In this document: piece by piece, positions 48,771 to 61,900 of the stretch
How the letters are laid out: each line of letters opens with the position of its first letter
Numbering within the stretch: position 1 is the first letter of the stretch
From: Acidobacteriota bacterium
GTDB taxonomy: Bacteria; Acidobacteriota; Thermoanaerobaculia; Gp7-AA8
Length of the DNA stretch: 64,000 nt
Reading direction: 5' to 3'
Assembly: GCA_019244185.1 (NCBI GenBank)
Contig: JAFATB010000006.1
Coordinates: 512,001 to 576,000, forward strand
The notes under the pieces: model-generated
What the model was told of the DNA's origin: nothing
Seen by the model: the letters and a program-made list of their open reading frames with translations, nothing else
The model's database searches: none
Made by a program: the position numbers and the translations under genes

Positions 48771-50451
48771 TGGCGTTCACCAAAGTCGCGCTCTTCTTCC
48801 TGCTCGTCGCGGTGACCACGAAGCCGATCGGTCTCTACATGCGCCGCGTCTTCTGCGGCGAACGGACGTTTCTCGACCCGCTCGCCGCGCCGCTCGAACG
48901 CCTCATCCATCGCCTGGCCGGCATCGACGCGAAACGCGAGCAGTCGTGGCAGGCGTACGCGCTGGCCATGCTCGCGTTCAGCATGATCGGCCTCGTGCTG
49001 ACGTACGCGCTGCTGCGTCTGCAGCACGTCCTGCCGCTGAATCCCGATCACCTCGGCGCGGTCGGGCCCGACCTCGCGTGGAACACCGCGGTCTCGTTCA
49101 CGACGAACACCGACTGGCAGGCCTACGTGGGCGAGTCGACGATGTCGCAGCTCTCGCAGATGGCGGCGCTCGCGTTCCACAACTTCGCGTCCGCCGCGAC
49201 CGGTATCGCCGTCGCCATCGCCGTCATCCGCGGCGTCGCGCGCCAGCGCGCCGCGACGCTCGGCAACTTCTGGGTCGATCTCGTTCGCGCGACGCTCTGG
49301 ATCCTCCTGCCGCTGTCGCTCGTTGCCGCGATCGTGCTGCTCTCGCAGGGCGTCGTGCAGAACTTCGACACGAGCACGCGCGTGCGCACACTCGAAGGCG
49401 CGACGCAAGCGATCGCGCAGGGACCGGTCGCGTCGCAGGAAGCGATCAAGGAGCTCGGCACGAACGGCGGCGGCTTCTTCAACGCGAACTCCGCGCATCC
49501 GTACGAGAACCCGACGCCGTTCACGAATCTCTTCGAGATGTTTCTCATCCTCTGGATCGCGGCCGGGCTCACGTACACGCTCGGCTCGATGACCGGAAAG
49601 CCGCGCCACGGCTGGGCGGTCTTCGCCGCGATGTCGCTGCTGTTTCTCGCGATGACGTCGCTCGGCGTCGCGGCGGAAATCCGCGGCAATCCGCTGCATC
49701 ACCTCGGCCCGAATCTCGAAGGCAAGGAAACGCGCTTCGGCGCCGCCGACTCCGCGCTCTTCGCGTCCGTCACCACCGCCGCGTCGTGCGGCGCCGTGAA
49801 CGCGATGCACGACTCCTTCACGCCGCTCGGCGGCTTCGTTCCGCTGGCGAACATCCTCCTCGGCGAAGTGGTCTTCGGCGGCGCGGGCGCGGGCCTCTAC
49901 GGCATCTTCGTCTTCATCATCCTCGCGGTCTTCATCGCCGGCCTCATGGTCGGCCGCACGCCGGAATACCTCGGCAAGAAGATCGAGGCGAAGGACGTGA
50001 AGCTGGCCATGCTCACGGTGCTGATCTTCGCCTTGTTCGTGCTCGCCGGCAGCGCGCTCGCGACCGCGACGAATGCCGGCCGATCGTCGATCAGCAACGC
50101 CGGACCGCACGGTCTCTCGCAGATGGCGTACGCGTACACGAGCGCCGCGGGCAACAACGGCAGCGCCTTCGCGGGGCTCAACGCGAACACGCGCTTCTAC
50201 AACATCGGACTCGGACTGGCGATGTTCTTCGGCCGCTTCTTCATGATCATTCCGGTCCTCGGCATCGCCGGCTCGCTCGCGGCGAAGAAGCGCATCGCCG
50301 AATCGGCGGGAACGTTTCCCGTCGACGGCGCGCTGTTCGCGATCCTCCTCGCCGGCGTCATCGTCATCGTCGGCGCGCTCACGTACTTCCCGATGCTCTC
50401 GCTCGGCCCCGTCGTCGAGCATTTCGTCATGCAGAGCGGAAAGGTGTTCGG

Positions 50452-50455
<4 letters not shown>
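48770..50455 (+). CDS. kdpA: K+-transporting ATPase subunit A
   Basis: [46 protein letters not shown]. Confidence 0.96.
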
Positions 50456-52448
<1,993 letters not shown>

Positions 52449-52452
<4 letters not shown>

Positions 52453-53027
52453 AAGAGCATCTCGTCATCGCCACGCGCACGACGCTCGTGCTGCTCGTGC
52501 TGGTCAGCGGCATCTATCCCGCGATCGTGTGGGGAATCGGCCAGCTCGCGTTTCGCGACGCCGCGAACGGCTCGCTCATCGTGCGCGACGGCCGCGTCGT
52601 CGGCTCGTCGCTCATCGCGCAGCCGTTCACGAGCGCGCGCTACTTTCATCCGCGACCATCCGCCGTCGATTACAACGCGCAGGGTTCCGGCGGAAGCAAC
52701 CTCGGTCCGACGTCGCAGAAACTGCGCGACCGCATCGTCGCGGACGTGCGCGCACTGCAGACGACGACGCGCGCGACGAACATCCCGCCCGACGCCGTCA
52801 CGACGTCCGCGTCCGGACTCGATCCGCACATCTCGCCCGAATACGCGCTGCTGCAAGTGCCGCGCGTCGCGCGTGCGCGGCATCTCGACGAAGCCAACCT
52901 CCGCGCGCTCGTGCGCGGTCACACCGAGGGACGCTTTCTCGGCGTGTACGGCGAGCCGCGCGTCAACGTGTTGCAGCTCAACCTCGCGCTCGACGCGCTG
53001 GTCTCCCGCGATGGCGCGCGCGAGTGA
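52449..53027 (+). CDS. kdpC: K+-transporting ATPase subunit C
   Basis: [46 protein letters not shown]. Confidence 0.96.
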
Positions 53028-54153
53028 GCCGCGCCGGCCCGACCCCGACGAGCTGCTGCGTCTCGCCGGCACGAGTCGCGATGGGCGCGGGCGCCTCGCC
53101 GTGTACCTCGGCATGGCCGCGGGTGTCGGCAAGACCGTGCGCATGCTCGACGATGCGCACGCCGCGCGCCGCGCCGGCATCGACGTCGTGCTCGGCTTCG
53201 TCGAAACGCACGGCCGCATCGAGACCGCGCAACGCATCGGCGAGCTCGAACAGATCGCGCGCCGGACCGTCGTGCATCGCGGCGTGACCATCGACGAAAT
53301 GGATGTCGACGCGATCCTCGCGCGGCACGCCGATCTCGTCGTCGTCGACGAGCTGCCGCATACGAACGCGCCGGCGTCGCGCAACGAAAAGCGCTGGCAG
53401 GACGTCGAGGAGATCCTCGCCAGCGGCGCGTCGGTGATGACCGCGCTCAACGTGCAGCATCTCGAAGGCGTGCAGGACGTCGTCCGCTCCGCCACCGGCA
53501 TCGACATCCGCGAGCGCGTTCCGGATCGCATCCTTCGCGACGCGCACTCCGTCGTGCTCGTCGACATCCCGGTGCCGGAACTGCTCGAGCGACTGCGCGC
53601 GGGAAAGATCTATCCGCCGGAGCAGGCCGCGCGCGCGCTCGGCAACTTCTTTCGCGCGGAGCTGCTCACGCGTTTGCGCGAGCTCGCGCTGCTGCAGACG
53701 GCGACGTTCAGCGGCGCCGCGCAGAACGGCGACGTCACGAGCGAAGTGCGGCTGGCGGTCGCGGTGCCGTTCGATCCCGAGATCGCGCGTCCGCTGCTCT
53801 TGCGCGCGTCGCGGATCGCGGGACGGATGAACACGCGCTGGTTCGCGCTGTACGTGCGGCAGGAGCGCGAACATCCGCGGAACATCACCGCCGAGGAGCA
53901 TCGGAAGCTCAGCGAGAACGTGCAGCTCGCGATCGCGCTCGGCGCGACCGTCGTCACGCGCGAATCGGAAGACATCGCCGGCGCGATCTGCGCGTTCGCG
54001 GCGGAAGCGCGCATCAACCTGCTCGTCGTCGGCAAGCCGACGCGCCCCGGCTTCTTCAGCCGCTTCGTGCCGAGCATCGTGCACAAGCTGCTCGACCGCG
54101 GCGGCGGCTTCGATCTGGTGATCGTCGACACCGCCCGCGCCGAGCGACCTTAA
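53011..54153 (+). CDS. kdpD: stand-alone KdpD N-terminal sensor domain plus Usp domain
   Basis: [43 protein letters not shown]-like RERVPD; C-terminal Usp; no TM or kinase domain. Confidence 0.88.
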   Translation: MARASEPRRPDPDELLRLAGTSRDGRGRLAVYLGMAAGVGKTVRMLDDAHAARRAGIDVVLGFVETHGRIETAQRIGELEQIARRTVVHRGVTIDEMDVDAILARHADLVVVDELPHTNAPASRNEKRWQDVEEILASGASVMTALNVQHLEGVQDVVRSATGIDIRERVPDRILRDAHSVVLVDIPVPELLERLRAGKIYPPEQAARALGNFFRAELLTRLRELALLQTATFSGAAQNGDVTSEVRLAVAVPFDPEIARPLLLRASRIAGRMNTRWFALYVRQEREHPRNITAEEHRKLSENVQLAIALGATVVTRESEDIAGAICAFAAEARINLLVVGKPTRPGFFSRFVPSIVHKLLDRGGGFDLVIVDTARAERP

Positions 54154-54198
54154 GAAACCATTAAGATCCATCGTATCAACGACTTCCGGCGTTAGACT
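54150..54198 (+). promoter_or_regulatory. candidate KdpE/OmpR-family direct repeat plus -10 element
   Basis: TTAAGA at 54150 and 54161 (11-bp spacing) in an AT-rich patch; TAGACT at 54193-54198. Confidence 0.45.
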
Positions 54199-54206
54199 CG
54201 AAGTCG

Positions 54207-56225
54207 ATGTCGAGCGCACAGAGACACGAAGAACCCTCGGATTCCCTCCTTCCCGGCGAGTCGTTCGCCGACCGCGTGCAGCGCAGGATTCTCGGCGAAC
54301 GGCGCGACCTCACCGATCCGCACGCGCTGCACAAGATCTCGCTGATCGCGTTTCTGGCGTGGGTCGGCCTCGGCGCCGACGGGCTCTCCTCGTCCGCGTA
54401 CGGTCCGGAAGAAGCGTTCCGCGCGCTCGGCGAACATCACTACCTCGCGCTCGGCCTGGCGCTGGCCACCGGCATCACGGTGCTCATTCTCTCCGCGTCG
54501 TACTCGAGCATCATCGAACAGTTCCCGACCGGCGGCGGCGGCTACGTCGTCGCGTCGCGCTTGCTCGGGCCGCGCATCGGCGTCATTTCCGGTTGCGCGC
54601 TCGTCGTCGACTACATCCTCACGATCACGGTCTCGATCGCGTCGGGCGGCAACGCCATCTTCAGCTTTCTGCCGGCGTCGTGGCACGCGTGGAAGATGGC
54701 GATCGAAGTCGCGGCGATCGTGCTGCTCATCGCGCTCAATCTGCGCGGCGTGAAAGAGTCGGTGAAAGTGCTGACGCCGATCTTTCTCGTGTTCCTGGCG
54801 ACGCACGCGCTGCTCATCGGCTGGGCGATCTTCACGCACGCGGGCGCGATCCCGGAAGTCTCGCATCGCTTGTCGACGGAGTACGCGGGCGGACTGGCGA
54901 CGCTCGGCGCGGGCGGCATGCTGCTGCTGTTCCTGCGCGCGTACTCGCTCGGCGGCGGCACGTACACCGGCATCGAGGCGGTGTCGAACGGCCTTCAGAT
55001 CATGCGCGAGCCGCGCGTGCACACCGGAAAAAAGACGATGGTCTACATGGCCGTCTCGCTCGCGCTGACCGCGTCCGGAATCCTCATCGCGTATCTGCTG
55101 CTGCAGACGCGGCCGCTCGAAGGCAAGACCATGAACGCGGTGCTCTCCGAGACCGCGTTCGGCGCGTGGCACCTCGGCGCATTACCGGTCGGCTACTGGC
55201 TCGTGCTCGTGACGCTGATCTCCGAGGGGTTGCTGCTCTTCGTCGCGGCGCAGGCAGGCTTCATCGACGGACCGCGCGTCATGGCCAACATGGCCGTCGA
55301 CTCGTTCTTCCCGCACCGTTTCGCCGCGCTGTCGGAACAGCTGTCGATGCACAACGGCGTGATGCTGATGGGCGGCGCGGCGCTGGCGATGCTCTTCTAC
55401 ACGAAGGGCAACATCCACGTGCTCGTGGTGATGTACTCGATCAACGTCTTCCTGACGTTCACGCTCTCGCAGCTCGGCATGTGGCGCTTCTGGTGGCCGC
55501 GCCGCGGCGATGGTCAACGTGCGTACCACATCTTCATTCACGGTCTGGCGCTGGCGATGTGCGCGGCCATTCTGGTCGTCACGATCTTCGAGAAATTCGG
55601 CCACGGCGGCTGGGTCACGGCGGTCATCACCGCGCTCTTCGTGCTGCTCTGCCTGCGCGTGCGCAGGCACTACGACTCGATCCGCGCCGGCCTGCGCCAG
55701 CTCGACGACATCCTCGGCAGCATTCCGACGAGCGGCACGCCGAACGACCAGCCGCTCGCGCCGAACGCGCCGACCGCGGTGATCCTCGTCAGCGGCTTCA
55801 ACGGCCTCGGCGTGCACACGATCCTCTCGACGCTGCGCTTCTTCCCCGGCCTGTACAAGCAGTTCATCTTCGTCTCGATCGCCGTCGTCGACTCGGGCCA
55901 CTTCAAAGGCCGCGAAGAGATCGAAGCGCTGCAGCGCGAGACGGACGAGCAGGTGCAGCGCTACGTCAGTCTCACGCGGCGCCTCGGCTTCCCCGCCGAA
56001 GGCGTGACCGACATCGGCACCGAGGTCGTGGCGGAGGCGACGATCGTGTGCGAGCGCGTCGCGCGCGACTATCCGAAAGCGACGATCATCTCGGGCAAGC
56101 TCGTCTTCCGGCAGGAGCGGATGTTCAACCGCCTGCTCCACAACGAAACGCCGACGCTCATTCAGCGCCGCCTGCAATGGCTCGGCGTGCCGATGGTCGT
56201 GCTGCCGGTGCGCGCGAGCGTCTGA
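54207..56225 (+). CDS. APC-superfamily KimA/YdaO-like potassium transporter
   Basis: ADGLSSSAYGPEE, GGGGYVVA, DYILT, TGIEAVSNG correspond to KimA TM1/TM3/TM6 motifs; cytoplasmic C-domain; kdp context. Confidence 0.8.
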   Translation: MSSAQRHEEPSDSLLPGESFADRVQRRILGERRDLTDPHALHKISLIAFLAWVGLGADGLSSSAYGPEEAFRALGEHHYLALGLALATGITVLILSASYSSIIEQFPTGGGGYVVASRLLGPRIGVISGCALVVDYILTITVSIASGGNAIFSFLPASWHAWKMAIEVAAIVLLIALNLRGVKESVKVLTPIFLVFLATHALLIGWAIFTHAGAIPEVSHRLSTEYAGGLATLGAGGMLLLFLRAYSLGGGTYTGIEAVSNGLQIMREPRVHTGKKTMVYMAVSLALTASGILIAYLLLQTRPLEGKTMNAVLSETAFGAWHLGALPVGYWLVLVTLISEGLLLFVAAQAGFIDGPRVMANMAVDSFFPHRFAALSEQLSMHNGVMLMGGAALAMLFYTKGNIHVLVVMYSINVFLTFTLSQLGMWRFWWPRRGDGQRAYHIFIHGLALAMCAAILVVTIFEKFGHGGWVTAVITALFVLLCLRVRRHYDSIRAGLRQLDDILGSIPTSGTPNDQPLAPNAPTAVILVSGFNGLGVHTILSTLRFFPGLYKQFIFVSIAVVDSGHFKGREEIEALQRETDEQVQRYVSLTRRLGFPAEGVTDIGTEVVAEATIVCERVARDYPKATIISGKLVFRQERMFNRLLHNETPTLIQRRLQWLGVPMVVLPVRASV

Positions 56226-56242
56226 CGCGCGTCACGGCGTTC

Positions 56243-57328
56243 TCATGGCGTCAGCAGGGTCACCTGCTGCGTGTCGTTGTTCGTGACGGAGACATACGCC
56301 CAGAACGGCGCGTCGCCGTCGAGCGGCTCGATCTGCACCTGCACGTGTGGCGTGCTCGCCGGAACGACCGGGAGCGCGAGCGTCGCGAACGCCACGTCCC
56401 ACACCGAGCCTTCAAAGAGCGGATCGAGCTCCGTCGTCACCGGCAGCTCGAGCAGCGTGTCGACCGGAAGCGGCGTCGTGTATCCCTCGAACGCCGGCAC
56501 GAAGACGTCGGCCTGGGTCAGCACGCGCACGCGGTACGGATGCGCGTGGCCGTCGACGCTGAACACGCGCACGTTCGCGCGGAAGCGGCTGCCCATGGGC
56601 ACGCCGGGAATCGTGGTCGCGCCGTGGCGGAAGTCCGCCTCGCGCACCGCCGGCACGCGCGTGCCGAACGTCTGGTCGTCGCGCGAGGCATCGTAGAGGC
56701 GCGTCTCGAACGTGAGCTGCGACGCGAGCGCCTTCGGCACCATGACGCGCACGGGAGCGTGCGCGTTCGCGAGCTCGAGATTGACGGTCGCGTGCGGCGC
56801 CACCGTGAGGAACTCGACGAACGACGGCGAGATCAGCACGTTGTACGGGAACAGCGGCAGATCGAAGCGCATCGACCACGCCGAGTCGTTGCGGATGAAG
56901 CTCTCCGCGCGCCACACCGAGCCGTTCGCGCCGAACACGTCCTCGCCTCCGCCGGCATGCGGAAGCAGGATCGTCTCGAAGTCGGAAGGAGCGACGAACA
57001 GCATCGCGTCTTCGACCGCGGCATTGCCCTGCGCGGTGTGCACTTCGAGATTCGCAACGCCCGGCGGCATGTCGTCCGGAACGCTGATGAGGAGCTTCGA
57101 TCCGTTCCCGAAGAAGGGCACCGCTTCGCCGCCGACCAGCACCGAAACACCCGGACAGTTCGTCCCGCAGATGCCGAGATCGACGCCGGTCAGGACGACG
57201 CGCGCGTAACGGTTCCCGCCCTGCGTGGCGAAGACCGCCGGGTCGATCGCCTGAATCGCCGGCGCGGCGAATGCCGCGGTCGAGAGCGCGAATGCGAGAG
57301 CGAGAGAGAAGCCAAACATGCGGCGCAT
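56243..57328 (-). CDS. secreted IPT/TIG-like domain protein with C-terminal beta-rich domain
   Basis: Signal peptide; PAIQAIDP..GG..V.LTG (IPT-like); GANGSVWRAE, RFRANVRVF, WAYVSVTNNDTQQVTL. Confidence 0.7.
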   Translation of the reverse strand: MRRMFGFSLALAFALSTAAFAAPAIQAIDPAVFATQGGNRYARVVLTGVDLGICGTNCPGVSVLVGGEAVPFFGNGSKLLISVPDDMPPGVANLEVHTAQGNAAVEDAMLFVAPSDFETILLPHAGGGEDVFGANGSVWRAESFIRNDSAWSMRFDLPLFPYNVLISPSFVEFLTVAPHATVNLELANAHAPVRVMVPKALASQLTFETRLYDASRDDQTFGTRVPAVREADFRHGATTIPGVPMGSRFRANVRVFSVDGHAHPYRVRVLTQADVFVPAFEGYTTPLPVDTLLELPVTTELDPLFEGSVWDVAFATLALPVVPASTPHVQVQIEPLDGDAPFWAYVSVTNNDTQQVTLLTP

Positions 57329-57380
57329 GTGCGCATTTTATGGCGTTACAGCATGACCGTCAAACGGCGCTTCCGCGCGA

Positions 57381-57785
57381 TCACGATTCAGAGTCGGACA
57401 CGGTCTGAATGTCCGGCCACTGCGCGCGCGCACTGCAGTACGCGGCGACCGTCGCCTGCAGCTCCGCGAGATGAAACGGCTTGAGGAGAATGGCGTCGGC
57501 ATCGGGCGCATACCGCGCCGCATTCGGCGTGGTGGTGAGGATGATCTTCGGACGCTGCGGCGGCGGCGCGTGGCGGAACTCGCGCAGCAGCGCGTCGAGC
57601 TCCGGCGTATCGCTCGACACGATCACCGCGGCGTAACCGCCGAACCGCAGCGCATCGGCGGCTTCGAGCGCGTCGCTGCTCGCGGTGACCTGGAGCGCGC
57701 AGCGCCGCAGGACGGCGACGAGCAACGCGCGGATCGAAGGATCGGGATCGAGGACGAGGACGTGGGCGAGCGATCGGCTGGTCAT
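57381..57785 (-). CDS. single-domain (pseudo)receiver protein
   Basis: HVLVLDPDPSIRALL, ADAILLKPF; the phospho-Asp position reads IVSSD. Confidence 0.7.
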   Translation of the reverse strand: MTSRSLAHVLVLDPDPSIRALLVAVLRRCALQVTASSDALEAADALRFGGYAAVIVSSDTPELDALLREFRHAPPPQRPKIILTTTPNAARYAPDADAILLKPFHLAELQATVAAYCSARAQWPDIQTVSDSES

Positions 57786-57906
57786 GAGCGCGTTCCGCGG
57801 TCGAGCGGGACGATCAAGATAGGGTCGCCGGTGCAAACGCAATATCGGGAGAGATGCGCAGCGGTCGGGTGAAACCCCTACACGAGCTGGAGCGTGCGAT
57901 GCGCCG

Positions 57907-58917
57907 TCACGCCCCGGCGCCGCTCGCTTTCGCGTGTTCGTCGAACACCGCCTGCCGCACGATGTCGGCGCGGCGTTGCGTCTCCTCGGCGAACTCGAGC
58001 AGCGCACGCGCGTCTCCGGCGTGCGCCTCGCGCGCGTGCGCGGCCGCCTGCCGCATCAGCATGGCGCGCTCCTCGAGCGCGCGAATGGCGCTCCACAGCG
58101 AGTCTTCGATCACGTCGTCCATGTCCGCGAGGAGACTCTCGAGCGTGTAGGCGTGACCCGTGTGGCAGCGGAAGCGCAGCGGATTCGCGTCTTTCATCTG
58201 CAGCAGAACGCCGTGACACTCCGGGCAGGCGTACATCGACGGCGTGCCGAGCTTCTGCACGCCCACCGTGGTCGCTTTGTCTTCCTTCGCGATCTTCACC
58301 TCGATCTCGATGTCCTCGGGCACAGCCAGTTCTCCTTCCCGCGCGTCGGCGCGCGTCGCGGCGAGCCGCACGAGCAGCGGTGCGAGCTCCGCGACGCGGA
58401 CCTTGTAGTCGACGCGCACGTAGGTCAGCGCGCTCAACGGCATCGACGGCGCGAGCGCTTCGTCGGGATCCTGAACGACCGTCGTGCCGCCGAGCTGCTT
58501 GATCGTCCACAAACCGTTCACTCCGTCGTCGAGCCCGCCGCTGAGAATCACGCCCACCACGCGCGGTCCATACGTCTGGGCGGCAGAGCGGAACAAAGGA
58601 TCGATGGCAGGGCGGAAACGGTTCTCGCGCGGGCCGCGGGTGAGCTCGATCTTTCCGGGAGCGACCAGCATGTGATGGTCCGCGCGCGCGACGTAGATCC
58701 ATCCCGGCTCGATGCGCTCACCGTGCACCGCGTACTTCACCGGCAGCGGACCGGCCTCAGCGAAGATGTGCGCGAGCACGCCGGGCGAGTCGGGCGAAGT
58801 GTGCAGGACGACGAAGATGGATGCCGGAAAGTCGGCCGGCAGGCTGCCGAACACGCTCCGCAGCGCCTCGATGCCACCGGCGGAAGCGCCGATGACGATG
58901 ATGTCTTTCCCGGGCAT
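57907..58917 (-). CDS. stand-alone CheB-type methylesterase with C-terminal Zn-ribbon/coiled coil
   Basis: IGASAGG, VLHTSP, RPAIDPLF, SGGLDDG; CPECHGVL..RFRCHTGH. Confidence 0.9.
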   Translation of the reverse strand: MPGKDIIVIGASAGGIEALRSVFGSLPADFPASIFVVLHTSPDSPGVLAHIFAEAGPLPVKYAVHGERIEPGWIYVARADHHMLVAPGKIELTRGPRENRFRPAIDPLFRSAAQTYGPRVVGVILSGGLDDGVNGLWTIKQLGGTTVVQDPDEALAPSMPLSALTYVRVDYKVRVAELAPLLVRLAATRADAREGELAVPEDIEIEVKIAKEDKATTVGVQKLGTPSMYACPECHGVLLQMKDANPLRFRCHTGHAYTLESLLADMDDVIEDSLWSAIRALEERAMLMRQAAAHAREAHAGDARALLEFAEETQRRADIVRQAVFDEHAKASGAGA

Positions 58918-58989
58918 GGGGAACGGCCCCGCACGATCGGTACCACCGTGGCGGCCAACATGCATGATCCGCGCTGCTACCATCGCGTC

Positions 58990-61900
58990 ATGAGCGAACG
59001 CGAGACGATCGGAACCGAGCCGGGCGAGGACACCGCGCAGAAGAAGTTTCTCGTCGTCGGCGTCGGCGGTTCGGCCGGCGCGATCGCATCGTTCCGCGAG
59101 TTCTTCCGCCACGTCCCGTCGACGAGCGGGATGGCCTACGTCGTCATCCTGCATCTCTCTCCTGAATACGACAGCCATCTCGCCGAGGTGCTGCAGGCGG
59201 TGGCGAGGATCCCCGTGGTGCAGGTGCGCACGTCGGTGCACGTCGAGCCCGATCGCGTGTACGTGATTCCGCCGAACAAGAGTCTGGAGATGAACGACGG
59301 CCAGCTGATCGTGTCGAGCGTGACCAGCTACGAGGAGCGGCGCGCGCCGATCGACATCTTCTTCCGCACGCTGGCCGACACGCACGACTCGAGCGCGGTG
59401 TGCGTGGTGATGTCCGGCAGCGGCTCGGACGGCTCGATGGGGCTGCGGCGCGTCAAGGAGTACAACGGTCTCGTGCTGGTGCAGGACCCCGCCGAAGCGG
59501 CCTTCGGCGAGATGCCGCGCAACTGCATCGCCACCGGCCTCGTCGACTTCGTCGTCCCGGTCGCGGACATGCCGCAGCGCATCCTGCACTACCGCGATCA
59601 GCTGCGCACGCTGAGCGTGCCGGACGACACGAAAGAACGCCCCGAGGACGACGAGCAGGCGCTGACGGAGGTCTTCACGTTGCTGCGTCTGCGGACCGGC
59701 CACGACTTCACGAACTACAAGCGGCCGACGGTGCTGCGGCGCATCGAACGCCGCATGGCCGTGCGCGACGTCGACACGCTGCCGGCATACGCCGCGTTCC
59801 TGCGCGAGCGGCACGAGGAAGCGCATGCGCTGCTCGCCGAGCTGCTCATCAGCGTCACGAACTTCTTCCGCGACCGCGAGGTGTGGGAGAAGGTCGAGCT
59901 GAACATCCTCCCGAAGCTGCTGGCGTCGAAGCGCGCCGAAGACCATCTGCGCGTGTGGGTGCCCGGCTGTGCGACCGGCGAAGAGGCGTACTCGATCGCC
60001 ATGCTGCTGGCGGAGAAAGCGCCGCCGAATCTGCAGATCTTCGCCACCGATCTCGACGAGCACGCCATCGCCCGCGCGCGCGACGGCTGGTACAGCGACA
60101 CCGAGGTCGCGGACGTGCCGCCCGAGCGCCTGCGCCGCTTCTTCCTCAAAGACGGCGCCGGCTATCGCGTGCGGCGCGAGCTGCGCGAGATCGTGCTCTT
60201 CGCGCACCACAACCTGATCAAGGACCCGCCGTTCTCGCACCTCGATTTCATCTCGTGCCGCAACCTCCTCATCTATCTCAATCGCGGCGCGCAGCAGCGT
60301 GCGCTCGAGGTGATGCACTTTGCGCTCGAGCCGGACGGCTATCTGCTCCTCGGCACCGCCGAGGCGGTCGACGGCTCGCCGTCGCTCTATTCGCTCGTCG
60401 ACAAGGAAGCGCACGTCTATCGCGCGCGTGCGGTCGAGCGGGCCATGCTGCTCCCGCCGCTCCCGCGCGCGATCGCGCCCATCGATACGCCCGCGCTGCT
60501 CGCCACGGACGTCACGCCGCCGGAGCTCAAGGCGCGGGACCGCTTCGCGCCGATCGATCTGCATCACCGGCTGCTCGAGGAGTACGCCGCGCCGTCGGTC
60601 GTCGTCGACGACCAGTACAACATCGTGCATCTCTCCGAGCGTGCCGGCCGCTATCTGCAGTTCCCGCGCGGCGAGGCGACGTCGAACGTGTTGAACGTCG
60701 TCCGCCAGGAGCTGCGCATCGATCTGCGCTCCGCGCTCTTCCAGGCCGCGCAGAAGCGAACCATCGTCGCGGCGCGCAACGTCGTGGCGCATACCAGCGA
60801 CCGCGAGGAGCGCATCGACCTCGTCGTTCGTCCCGCGCTCACCGCCGACGATCCGGCGCGCGGCTTCTTTCTCATTCTCTTCGAGGAAGCGAACCGCGGG
60901 ACGGAGATGCCGGCGCACGAGGCCACGGCCGTCGAGCCGGGCACGCGCCAGCTCGATGAAGAGCTGCTGCGCGTGAAGGCGCAGATGCGCGCCACCATCG
61001 AGCAGTACGAGGTGCAGGCGGAAGAGGCACGCGCCGCGAACGAAGAGCTGCAGGCGATGAACGAGGAGCTGCGCTCGACCGCCGAGGAGCTCGAGACCAG
61101 CCAGGAGGAACTGCAGTCCGTCAACGAAGAGCTGCAGACGGTCAATCAGGAGCTGAAGGTCAAGATCGACGAGATCTCGCACGCCAGCGACGACCTGCGC
61201 AATCTCATGAGCTCGACCGACATCGGCACGATCTTCGTCGATCGTGCGCTGCGCGTGAAGCTCTTCACGCCGGGCGCGCGAGAGGTCTTCAACCTCATCT
61301 CCGCCGACGTCGGCCGTCCGCTCTCCGACATCACGCACAAGCTCGACATTGACGGGCTGGGCGACGCGATGGCGCGCGTGCTCGAACGCCTGCAGACCAT
61401 CGAGCAGGAAGTGCAGACGCGCGACGGCGCCTGGTACCTGATGCGCCTCCTTCCGTACCGCACATCCGAGGACCGCATCGACGGCGTGGTGCTCACCTTC
61501 CTCGACATCACCGAACGGCACAAGGCCGAAGCCGCGCTACGCCGCACCGAAGAGCGCTATCGCACGCTGTTCGTCTCGATGGACGAAGGCTACGCCGTCG
61601 TCGAGGTGATGGCGAACGCCGACGGCGCGTGGAGCGACTTCCGCTTCCTCGAGGTCAATCCGGCATTCGAGAAGCAAAGCGGAATGCACAACGCCGCCGG
61701 ACGGACCGCGACGGAGATCCTCGGCACGCCCAATCCGCGCTGGGCGCAGATCTACGGCAAGGTCGCCGAAAGCGGCGAGCCGTCGCGCTTCGAGGAAACG
61801 GAGCCGGTCCTCGGCCGCACGTTCGATCTCTACGCCTTTCGCCTCGGCGACCCGCACAACCATCGCGTGGCCGTGCTCTTCATGGACATCACGCGGCGCA

